From positions 1 to 64,000 of the forward strand of contig JAOPTW010000045.1 in assembly GCA_051532035.1 (NCBI GenBank): a stretch of 64,000 nt of DNA. Reading direction: 5' to 3'. The notes beneath the pieces are model-generated. The model had not been told where the DNA came from and searched no databases. It was given only the letters and a program-made list of their open reading frames with translations. The position numbers and the translations under genes are program-made. The DNA comes from Fibrobacterales bacterium (lineage in GTDB: Bacteria > Fibrobacterota > Fibrobacteria > Fibrobacterales > JAOPTW01). Of this stretch, positions 18,753 through 27,038 are shown in pieces; positions within the stretch are counted from its first letter, which is position 1, and each line of letters starts with the position of its first letter.

Positions 18753-20627
18753 ATGCGTCTAAACCTATTAAAGCGAAATATAGTAGCTGTTTTTATTTCA
18801 ATGGTACTTATATCAACAGGGTGTCTATCGACAAGTACAGACACTACCAGTGAAGAGGCAGACTCTTCAAATACATCTTCTCTATCAAGCACTAACTCTT
18901 CTGGTACATCATCTATGTCGAGCACAGACTCTTCAGCAGGATCTACAACCCCCGAGAGTTCTGATGGTTCTATTGCATCAGTAGAAGCGGCCCTTGTGGT
19001 TACTTCTGGATTACCTACTCTAGAACCAGGAGAAAGTGATCAGCTTAAACTTGTGACCTATGATAACGCAGGAGAAATAGTAACATCGCCTATTGCATAT
19101 AGCACCAAAAACAGTTCCGTCGCAACGGTCTCTCAGTCCGGTAAACTCGAAGTTGTGGGTATTGGTGCTACCACTGTTATAGCATCTACAACGGTGGATG
19201 GAAAGACTGTTAGCCTAAACATACCAGTTGTGGGGCTGAATCCAGCACGCAAAATTATTATTGCTCCTCCGGCATTTATGGGCATGGCAGGTGATAGCTT
19301 TGAAATCATAGCTCTCATGACTGTAGTAGGGTATTATTCTCTTGAGTATACAACGTCAGATGAAAATGTTGCATCAGTTGATGCACTGGGGAATGTGACA
19401 TTGAAAAATGCAGGCGTAGCACAGATCACTGTGGTGGGTGCATTCAAGGGTGCTACCGAAACAGCATTTATTGGTGTGACGGTTCTTCCTGAAATAGTGC
19501 CTCCACCAGTGTTAGCTCAGATCAAACTAACGCGGAAGAGGAATGCGCATTCAATGATATTTGAGGGTGACCAAGTATCACTCCAGGCTCAGGGCTACTC
19601 ACTTGATGGTAAAGAGATGGAGGCTGCCTATAGTTGGTATAGCGATGCCGACTCTATCGCTACAGTAAACAACCGAGGGGTTGTTTCGGCGGTTACAATG
19701 GGAAGTACCATGATCCGTGCTACTGCAATGGGCGTTGAGGGTAACTATTTATTAGAAGTACTCCCTGATACTATTATTATTGTAACCCCAATGATGACCC
19801 AAGTATCTGCTGGTCAAACTGAGCAGTTTAAGGCCGAGGTGTTTGATTTAAAAAACGATGTCGCTGTCTCTGGTGTACACACTATAAAATGGGCTCTGTT
19901 TGACCCGGTAGCAGAGATGCTGAATTTTGGTACATCCTTTGGAGAAGATCAGGGAATTGATATAGGGGGGATGGGCGACATGCCTGATATGCAGGGTGAA
20001 AAAGCGTCTATCAGTACTAGTGGGCTGGTAAAAATACCTTCATCATCAATTCTTGCTTCTATGATGATTGTTACTGCCGAATTAGACGGGAGTACCGATG
20101 TCCATGGTGGTGCCATTGCATACGTCGGTATGGATGCTGGTTTTGAAATTCCTGATAGTGATATCAGCGCGTCGTCAAACACAGAGAGGCCATCATCATC
20201 TTCTCGTTCACTTAAGGATCCAGCTGATGGTTCATCATCGCACAAATCAGCATCACACCTTTCGAGTAGTTCTCGCAACCCTTCATCTGAAAATATCAGT
20301 TCAACAGTTGTTTTGGTTGAAGTTGTCGATATCTCTCCAAGTAACATCGAAGCGAGTCCAGGAACTACAGTTCAATTTTCTGCTGTAGTCGTGTATAAAG
20401 ATAATGGTAACATCTCAGGAACTACTGGCGTGATAGTGTGGGAGATTATGGATGATATAAGCAGCGATATGCTTGGCGGGTGGCCAACGGTCGATGCGAC
20501 CGGCAAGGTGACCATTCCTGATGATGCGTTTCCTGGAATGACCTATTCTGTGATTGCCAGCTTACAAGGCTCTTCGATGACAAAAGGGCTTTCAACTATT
20601 ATGATACCAATGGATAGTGGTATGTAA
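18753..20627 (+). CDS. Ig-like (Big_2) repeat lipoprotein
   Basis: STGC lipobox; repeated Y/W-S-S-x-x-x-VA-TV-x-x-x-G...G-x-T-x-I-x-A units; Ser-rich linkers; AGGAG SD. Confidence 0.9.
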   Translation: MRLNLLKRNIVAVFISMVLISTGCLSTSTDTTSEEADSSNTSSLSSTNSSGTSSMSSTDSSAGSTTPESSDGSIASVEAALVVTSGLPTLEPGESDQLKLVTYDNAGEIVTSPIAYSTKNSSVATVSQSGKLEVVGIGATTVIASTTVDGKTVSLNIPVVGLNPARKIIIAPPAFMGMAGDSFEIIALMTVVGYYSLEYTTSDENVASVDALGNVTLKNAGVAQITVVGAFKGATETAFIGVTVLPEIVPPPVLAQIKLTRKRNAHSMIFEGDQVSLQAQGYSLDGKEMEAAYSWYSDADSIATVNNRGVVSAVTMGSTMIRATAMGVEGNYLLEVLPDTIIIVTPMMTQVSAGQTEQFKAEVFDLKNDVAVSGVHTIKWALFDPVAEMLNFGTSFGEDQGIDIGGMGDMPDMQGEKASISTSGLVKIPSSSILASMMIVTAELDGSTDVHGGAIAYVGMDAGFEIPDSDISASSNTERPSSSSRSLKDPADGSSSHKSASHLSSSSRNPSSENISSTVVLVEVVDISPSNIEASPGTTVQFSAVVVYKDNGNISGTTGVIVWEIMDDISSDMLGGWPTVDATGKVTIPDDAFPGMTYSVIASLQGSSMTKGLSTIMIPMDSGM

Positions 20628-20672
20628 CAGCCGGCCCAGTTATATCAAATGTTCTTTTATAAATTAAGACAT

Positions 20673-20709
20673 ATAAAAAGGATCTGTTCGGGGAACAGAT
20701 CCTTTTTAT
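20673..20709. terminator. Bidirectional intrinsic terminator
   Basis: ATAAAAAGGATCTGTTC-ggg-GAACAGATCCTTTTTAT perfect inverted repeat. Confidence 0.9.
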
Positions 20710-20844
20710 TATTGGCATTCTAAACACAAAAATAACAAAATTCGCAATCAATATAATTACAGCACAAGAAGCCTACTACTTTGGGTATACTAATAGTAGG
20801 GGAGTAAAGCTGACACAGTCGAGTATCCCTGAAGAGAGGTAACG

Positions 20845-21048
20845 ATGCGAGCACCACATTTTCATCATGATCACAATACTCATCATCATGAGCTTTTAGA
20901 TACATTAGGGTACTATTTTCATTCATCATTAATTCCTTTAATTATTTTTATACTGATCTTATCTAAAATGGTTTCGGGCGACATCCTCACGATACATACT
21001 ATTGATCCAGAAAGTATCAAGGTCGTACATTACGATGTTTGTGAGTAA
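20845..21048 (+). CDS. Small His-rich single-TM protein (67 aa)
   Basis: GAGAGG SD 5 nt upstream; HFHHDHNTHHH then LIPLIIFILIL hydrophobic helix. Confidence 0.55.
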   Translation: MRAPHFHHDHNTHHHELLDTLGYYFHSSLIPLIIFILILSKMVSGDILTIHTIDPESIKVVHYDVCE

Positions 21049-21203
21049 ATAATGGTATTGATAGAGTAAGGTTTATGACATCAAAAGGTCGTGTGTTTAT
21101 GTTAGTATCCTTCTACAAAAGACTTCTCACACAATTTTTCCCGATTTTCAATAGGATAGGGGCACTATCATCCTTCTTAGATGCAGGTTTATATCATTAA
21201 TCA

Positions 21204-21232
21204 TTGCCAGTTTTAATCTAATTAGTTACCTT
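21204..21232 (+). promoter_or_regulatory. Sigma70-type promoter of the SRP RNA
   Basis: TTGCCA-17 bp-TACCTT, 6 nt before the RNA 5' stem. Confidence 0.7.
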
Positions 21233-21238
21233 TAACCC

Positions 21239-21335
21239 GTTCTAGGCCCTACGCAATGACTATTAGGGTGGACTCCGCCAGGGCGAAAGCAGCAACGGGC
21301 ACGCTTGTTTTTATGTGCCGTAGCCAGCCTAGAAC
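21239..21335 (+). ncRNA. ffs: Signal recognition particle RNA (small bacterial, 4.5S)
   Basis: Terminal stem GTTCTAGGC/GCCTAGAAC; helix-8 signature CAGG-GC-GAAA-GC-AGCA; distal GCAA...GTGCCG; 97 nt; T-run downstream. Confidence 0.9.
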
Positions 21336-21400
21336 ACTTTTTTCTTCTGAACATCCCCATTACATTTTGAGTAACTATTAAGTACTGCTACCAGTATATA

Positions 21401-22288
21401 TTACGGTATGCGTTTTTTACTTTGAGAAGCTCTCACTCTTGATATACTATATCCGGCCTTTTTAAGCTGCTCAACAATACCTCTATCGCCCAAGAGGTGA
21501 CCCGCACCAACTACCACAAAACCCACCTTTTTTGTCTCAGCGACTTTGATGATGTTTTGGGTCATCGAGTCATTGCGACCGTAAAAGAGAAGGTCATACA
21601 TTTTTTTATATGCAGGAACATTGGCATCCATAAACAAAAAGTTAGAGAGTTCAAGTGAATCACCACTTTTCCAAGAGGTCATAAGCTGGTTAACCAAAGA
21701 GAGGGCATTGCCACTACTTTTGAGCGTATAATCGATAAATGAACTATCGCTCCCAATGTTATCAAAGAGCTCTATCTGAAATTCCATAGATTCCAGAGGC
21801 AGTACTTTTCGGTTCCCTCGGTTTGATAAAAAATGCATATCAATCCCCATATCTGAAGCAAAACCCATCTTTTGCATCATAGCCATCATAACCACCTGAC
21901 AAACATACCAGGGTTTAAACGGTTCAAACATCTGCATTTGTAACCCAATAGAGTCCACCACATACTTCTTCAGAATAGTGTAATTATCAGGAGAGAGCGA
22001 ATTCTTTAAAGTGTTGCCCGCAGGATATTGGGCGTACCGTAACATAAGCGCCTGGGCATCCATTGGCTTGATAGATTCCATATCAACCTCAACCACAAGA
22101 ACCTCCGCCTTGTTCCAAGCTTCGGTTACATAATCAACCATAGGATAAAAACTATCATCCGCAACATGAATAGACCCAAACAGGTAGACTTGCTGAGGGC
22201 CCTTGGTAGCCTTCCAGAGAAGCGGGGCATTAGTACTGCTCCAAACGGATATAATGGTAAGAAGCAGTGTTATAATAAAAAGTTTCAT
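21401..22288 (-). CDS. TraB/GumN (TIKI-like) family protein
   Basis: Signal peptide; LLWK...YLFGSIH, GID, LESMEFQ, RNDSM, FVVVGAGHLLG. Confidence 0.93.
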   Translation of the reverse strand: MKLFIITLLLTIISVWSSTNAPLLWKATKGPQQVYLFGSIHVADDSFYPMVDYVTEAWNKAEVLVVEVDMESIKPMDAQALMLRYAQYPAGNTLKNSLSPDNYTILKKYVVDSIGLQMQMFEPFKPWYVCQVVMMAMMQKMGFASDMGIDMHFLSNRGNRKVLPLESMEFQIELFDNIGSDSSFIDYTLKSSGNALSLVNQLMTSWKSGDSLELSNFLFMDANVPAYKKMYDLLFYGRNDSMTQNIIKVAETKKVGFVVVGAGHLLGDRGIVEQLKKAGYSISRVRASQSKKRIP

Positions 22289-22424
22289 TATTCTCTAGCC
22301 GGCAATGGAATATCTATAGAATATACTAATCCCTACCAAATTTGAGGTTATGTTGTGTATCTCCTTCATTAGATAAAAAGGAAAAGAAGAGATACATTTG
22401 AAGAATCCACCACCCGAACCATAC

Positions 22425-22714
22425 GTGCGAAGCACACTCTACAACATAACCGCGCCCCCGCCTAGCAAATACACTCGTTAAAGGCAATGCAGCTTACCTA
22501 AAGATACCGTAAGACAAAAACGACACCATTTGTACAGTATTCCTTAAGTGTAAACCCAAGCGTATATACCTCGATAGTGAGCAAAATAGCAACTGCAGTG
22601 TTGTCTGGACCAATAGCCTAGTAGCATTTATGTTGAAGCTTTCTGCAAGAATGCTTTTTGTCCAGTCTTTTGGGCACCCAAAAGGTCTGGCCTCGTTCGG
22701 GGGAGGCCCCCCGA
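22425..22714. repeat. Multi-hairpin non-coding element, possibly a decayed MITE/REP-like repeat
   Basis: GTGCGAAGCAC (22425-35); AGCATT...AATGCT (22623-55); CCAGTCTTTTGGG-CA-CCCAAAAGGTCTGG (22662-90); TCGGGGG-AGGC-CCCCCGA (22697-714). Confidence 0.45.
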
Positions 22715-22725
22715 GAACTCTATCT

Positions 22726-22790
22726 AAAGAAAAAGAGAAAAAGAAAAAGAGAAAAAGAAAAGAAGAAAAGAAGAAAAGAAGAAAGGGAAA
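22726..22790. repeat. 65-nt pure purine tract (AAAAG/AAG-type simple repeats)
   Basis: No pyrimidine on the + strand from 22726 to 22790. Confidence 0.9.
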
Positions 22791-22791
22791 C

Positions 22792-22827
22792 AAAACAAAA
22801 AAAGCCAGCGTCAACAGACACCGGCTT
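22792..22827 (-). terminator. Intrinsic terminator of the DUF1015 gene
   Basis: Minus strand AAGCCGGTGTC-tgtt-GACGCTGGCTT then a T-run; G.U pairs form only on the minus strand. Confidence 0.85.
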
Positions 22828-22852
22828 CAAAAACAAAAGAAAAGAGAGAAAA

Positions 22853-24190
22853 CTATCTCACAATCTTCCTCGACTCAACATAAAACCTCTTCTCAGAAGC
22901 CTCACCAAGAGAAAATGATTTCCGAGGAAAAACACCCTCTTTAATTACGGTAGGGAAGAGTGAAGACTTCTCAACTTCAGGAAGAAGAATCCCCATATTA
23001 CCCTCTTTGTTACCAAGCTCAACAGTTGTGTCGATACCGTGAATATAATCAACAGTAGTAGTAGGGTGTTGGGCAAGAAATTCATCCATAAAGAGTTGTA
23101 CTGAACCCACATCAAGTGTGTGCTTAGGGTTAAGAATACTCACATATGATTTTTTACCCGCAGTATTAAAAGCAAATTTATGATATCCATTTTTTGCATT
23201 AATAGCAGAAACCATTGTTTCGGTATCGTTCACTTCAACAATCTCTACGTTGTAGAATTTTTTAAGATCAGCAACAAACATTTCTGGATCAACATTAAAG
23301 AGCGTACGGTGAATTGCTTCACAAGTAAGACCTTCATCATAGACATTGTTAATTTCAACAAGTGCATGACGAGCAGGGTGATTCATCAGTTCTGCATCAT
23401 CTGGGTTTTCAGCTTTAAGCTCTTCCCAGATAGTTTTTGCAGTAGCAAGGGAGTGGTTTCCATCACCTACAGCAAAAAGAAGTGGATTGTCACTCCCATA
23501 TTTCAATTTATACTGAGCGGGATTCGCAATTGCTTCAATAGCATCAGTAATTTGGTTGAGTGAATCTTCGTCAGACACCATCCATCCAGAGATATGACCA
23601 GCACCTTGCATAAGCTCGAAGTCATAGATTTTATCAAATGAGTCGCGTTTTTCAAAAAGTGGTTCAACAATTGATCTCTTAGGGTCATCAATAAGGAAAA
23701 GAATATGAGGAAGTTCTATTGACGCGTCTTGACGCACCATTTTACGCGGAGGAATTCTGTCGAGAATGGTACCTTCAGACGCGCGAATCAGGCTGGTAGA
23801 ACCAACTGAAAAGTCATAATGCTCAAGGTCAACATTAAAGAGGAGACCCTTTTTACTTTCAACAAACTCAGTTTTGCGGTCAATAAGAATAGCACCAGGC
23901 TGTTTTTCTTCAAGAATATCGTCAGCAACATACTGTTTCATGTTTTTATTGATAGAATCAATAATCTCTTGAGTACGGCCATCTTCGAGGTATGCTTCAG
24001 GAAAGGTGATATTAAGAGTTGAAGGTGCGTCATCGACGACTTTCTCAACATCAGTCCAATACTCACGTTGTGATGTATATTGATCACAGGCAATAACAGC
24101 CCATTTCTGCATATCAACATCTGATTTAGGAAGTAAAATTTGAGGAACTTGTAGTCCAAGTTTTTCGAGTCTTTCCGCTCTATCTGCCAT
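22853..24190 (-). CDS. DUF1015 family protein
   Basis: KWAVIACDQYTSQ, DLEHYDF...SLIRASEGT, FAVGDGNHSLATAK, DYIHG, PRKSFSLGEA.EKRFY.E. Confidence 0.88.
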   Translation of the reverse strand: MADRAERLEKLGLQVPQILLPKSDVDMQKWAVIACDQYTSQREYWTDVEKVVDDAPSTLNITFPEAYLEDGRTQEIIDSINKNMKQYVADDILEEKQPGAILIDRKTEFVESKKGLLFNVDLEHYDFSVGSTSLIRASEGTILDRIPPRKMVRQDASIELPHILFLIDDPKRSIVEPLFEKRDSFDKIYDFELMQGAGHISGWMVSDEDSLNQITDAIEAIANPAQYKLKYGSDNPLLFAVGDGNHSLATAKTIWEELKAENPDDAELMNHPARHALVEINNVYDEGLTCEAIHRTLFNVDPEMFVADLKKFYNVEIVEVNDTETMVSAINAKNGYHKFAFNTAGKKSYVSILNPKHTLDVGSVQLFMDEFLAQHPTTTVDYIHGIDTTVELGNKEGNMGILLPEVEKSSLFPTVIKEGVFPRKSFSLGEASEKRFYVESRKIVR

Positions 24191-24298
24191 TATATCTCCG
24201 GCTGAGGTGTTTGTACGTTTGTGAAAAAAAGTAGAAAATTTGAATGAGAATAATGAGTCTAGTATTGATTAATCACAATTCTCAAATAAGAGTGGTTG

Positions 24299-24940
24299 TT
24301 ATAGTTGTTCTTTTCCGATATAGCCATAGTCAACATTTTCGCCAGGGAACTTCATCTGAAGTTTAGCAACCGTTTCGTAGAACTGTTGGAGCTCTTGAAA
24401 TACTTCGGCACCCACCATCTCTTCGGCATCTTGTTCATTCTCCATATTGTAACTCAGGTAACTGCCATCAGGGAAAATATAGAGATAACAGTCCCAAGTA
24501 ACTTCTTCCGAAGGAATTAAGTTGTCGAGAAGTAAGAGGGGTTTGGGTGAATAGATTGGTGGATAATGACCATCTACCCAAATAAAGCGGTTCCTATCAA
24601 GAAGGAAATATTCGAGAGCCATACAGAATTTGTCTTCATGCATGGTTTCTATAAGTTCAATATTTTCAAGGTCTTCTACGATTGGGTTTCGGAGATCGTA
24701 AGGGAGGACAATTTGATGGTACTCAAATTTGTGGGCATTTGAACCAACACGATCAAGCCATTCTTTAGGTGGTGCTGGTTGCTCTTTTAAGAAGGTACCC
24801 ATGTTTTCTAAAATTTTGGGTAAGAGGGAGGTGTATTGTTTTGACTCCTCTTTTGCTTGATTAATGGTATGGATAAGGTTTTCGAGCACCTCTTCAGACG
24901 AGTGCTTGAGGGTGTTTTCTTCTTTATTTTCTTGGGTCAT
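24299..24940 (-). CDS. Hypothetical acidic cytoplasmic protein
   Basis: 213-aa ORF coupled (TAATG) to the aspartoacylase. Confidence 0.8.
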   Translation of the reverse strand: MTQENKEENTLKHSSEEVLENLIHTINQAKEESKQYTSLLPKILENMGTFLKEQPAPPKEWLDRVGSNAHKFEYHQIVLPYDLRNPIVEDLENIELIETMHEDKFCMALEYFLLDRNRFIWVDGHYPPIYSPKPLLLLDNLIPSEEVTWDCYLYIFPDGSYLSYNMENEQDAEEMVGAEVFQELQQFYETVAKLQMKFPGENVDYGYIGKEQL

Positions 24941-25827
24941 TAAAAGGTCTCTTGGGATTTTTGTGTAACGCTGAAGGCGATGCCTTTTTCGTAGTATGCT
25001 AATTCATTAATAAATACAGGATAGACCGTTTCGGCCCCTTCATAGAGAAGTTCCTCTCCCTCAAAAGTGAGGAAAATAGGGTCACCTGGATTAAGTGGTT
25101 GATAATCCATTCCTTGTAAATTGGGATGAATCATTGCGTTCGGTTGGTTCTGTTCATCTCTTGGGAAGTCAACATTATATTGCTGAGTATAGATATCGAC
25201 ATTCTGAGGAGCATGTGGCTCATTTGCATTGAATGCTTCAATAGCATCAAGAGCAGCATAAACAACCTGTTCCGTTTCAAAGAATAGATCTGCAATCAAT
25301 GAACCATGGGCTTGAGGGCCCGATTCAACGCAAATATCACGGGTTGCAATACTGGGAAGGTAGGGGCTGCTTGCACTATCTTCGGATATATAATAGATGT
25401 GAACCAGTGGATTTGAAGAAAGCTTAGAGATGATTTGTAAGAGTGCAGGGTCTTTTTGACCAACAATTAGAGAGATTCCCATATTGGCCGTAGTGTTATG
25501 TAAGTCAAGAATAATATCAGCCGCATGAGGCGAGCCTTTAGGGCCAAGTTCTGTGTTGATCTCTTTTGCTCTTCGCTCTTCGATTGTAGTGAGTGAGCAG
25601 TCATTAAGATCTGATTGCGTAAAACAGCGATTGAGGTCTTTTTCTATGTACCTTCTGCAAGCTGTTATAGCGTCATGATTTGCGAGGATTGTTGTGGTAG
25701 AGAAGCTGTTTCGTTCGATGAGTGTTGGATCTCGGTCCCATTTCTTGATAAGATTGACGCCAGTAAGTTCATTACCGTGTGTACCGCCTACAATAGCGAC
25801 CTTACTGAGAGGGGATAAATCGTCCAT
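24940..25827 (-). CDS. Aspartoacylase (AstE/AspA zinc amidohydrolase family)
   Basis: GGTHGNE, DLNRCF, DLHNTTANMG, VESGPQ, MIHP.LQ..D, YPVFINE.AYYEK. Confidence 0.92.
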   Translation of the reverse strand: MDDLSPLSKVAIVGGTHGNELTGVNLIKKWDRDPTLIERNSFSTTTILANHDAITACRRYIEKDLNRCFTQSDLNDCSLTTIEERRAKEINTELGPKGSPHAADIILDLHNTTANMGISLIVGQKDPALLQIISKLSSNPLVHIYYISEDSASSPYLPSIATRDICVESGPQAHGSLIADLFFETEQVVYAALDAIEAFNANEPHAPQNVDIYTQQYNVDFPRDEQNQPNAMIHPNLQGMDYQPLNPGDPIFLTFEGEELLYEGAETVYPVFINELAYYEKGIAFSVTQKSQETF

Positions 25828-25895
25828 ATGCCAAAAAGTTCTATCTTATAAGGTAAATATATTATAATTTAAAATAAAACTGACCCCTACTCACA

Positions 25896-26909
25896 ATGAA
25901 GCCAAAAGATACCAACTTAAAGAAGAAGCATATTGACTTTTTTGCCAAAATGGCGATTGAGGCTTTTGAGGGTATGTTTGGAGTGAACTTTCGAAAGAAG
26001 GGCGCTGTAGAGCAAAAAGAGACCATAGAGATTCAGTTCCCCATGATCTGTACTGTTGACTCTGTGGGGAGTATGGTACTCTCCTTTTTTATCTCATTCG
26101 AAGAACGTACGGCTCTTGGATTGCTTGGACTCTCTGGCGACTCTTTCGAAAGCATATCAATCAATGATAAAAAACGGGTTATCGGCATGATTACAGAAAT
26201 GGGGAATGTCGTTATTGGTTCAACGCAGGGGTCTCTTGAAAAAGAATATGGTACCCTCACTTTAGGGTTGCCGACTTACTGGCGTGTGCAATCACCAGAA
26301 GATTATTCTCTGCCTGCAATAAGTAACTATTCTCAGGCTCTCCACTCTAAAATAGGCGATGTCCAGATTACTCTTGCTTATGATTTCAGAGAGCTCCAAA
26401 TTGCAACTCAAAATAGGCGATTGACCGAAGAGGCAACGGTTGATGAATTAACCGGTCTTCTCAACGTCAGACAATATAATTATGACATAAAAATGTTTAT
26501 TGAAAAGGGGAATGACGGTTTTGGCTTCTCGCTCTTAATCTTAGACGTCGATAATTTCAAACAACTCAATGATACTCATGGTCATAAATATGGCGATAAA
26601 ATACTCACTATGGTGGGGAATACCGTTCAGAACTCAATACGCTCTAATGATAAGTGTTATCGGTTTGGTGGCGATGAGTTTATCGTATTACTATCAGGTG
26701 CACAGCCTGAGCACGTCGCTATGACTGCTCGACGAATTTGTAAAAATTACCAGCATCATATTAATAAAATGAATACCTCTTCACTCTCTATTGGTGGCTC
26801 CACCTTTGAAATGGAGATGACGGCTGAAGAGCTTTTTAAACGGGCGGATGATGCGATGTATGTTGCCAAAACAACTGAGGGCAATACCTTCGAGGCCTAC
26901 GAAACTTAG
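25896..26909 (+). CDS. CheX/CheC-like domain fused to GGDEF diguanylate cyclase
   Basis: N-terminal ...TEMGNVVIG...LGLP; C-terminal DELTGLLN, DVDNFKQLNDTHGHKYGD, RSND, RFGGDEF. Confidence 0.88.
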   Translation: MKPKDTNLKKKHIDFFAKMAIEAFEGMFGVNFRKKGAVEQKETIEIQFPMICTVDSVGSMVLSFFISFEERTALGLLGLSGDSFESISINDKKRVIGMITEMGNVVIGSTQGSLEKEYGTLTLGLPTYWRVQSPEDYSLPAISNYSQALHSKIGDVQITLAYDFRELQIATQNRRLTEEATVDELTGLLNVRQYNYDIKMFIEKGNDGFGFSLLILDVDNFKQLNDTHGHKYGDKILTMVGNTVQNSIRSNDKCYRFGGDEFIVLLSGAQPEHVAMTARRICKNYQHHINKMNTSSLSIGGSTFEMEMTAEELFKRADDAMYVAKTTEGNTFEAYET

Positions 26910-27038
26910 CTTCAACCCTAATGTTGTTATTTTGTAACCTTGTTATATCACTAAAATTGATATAAGTTACCCCCTTTTTATCCCCCTCCTCGCATTATAT
27001 GAGCTATTTTCTACATTTGACCTAACGAAGGATGTGGC

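Noticed and set aside
22494..22944. Lys/Arg-rich or Phe-rich ORFs 22494..22814, 22630..22944 and 22658..22918
   Set aside because: They are translations of the polypurine tract and hairpins; they overlap each other, and two also overlap the DUF1015 gene.
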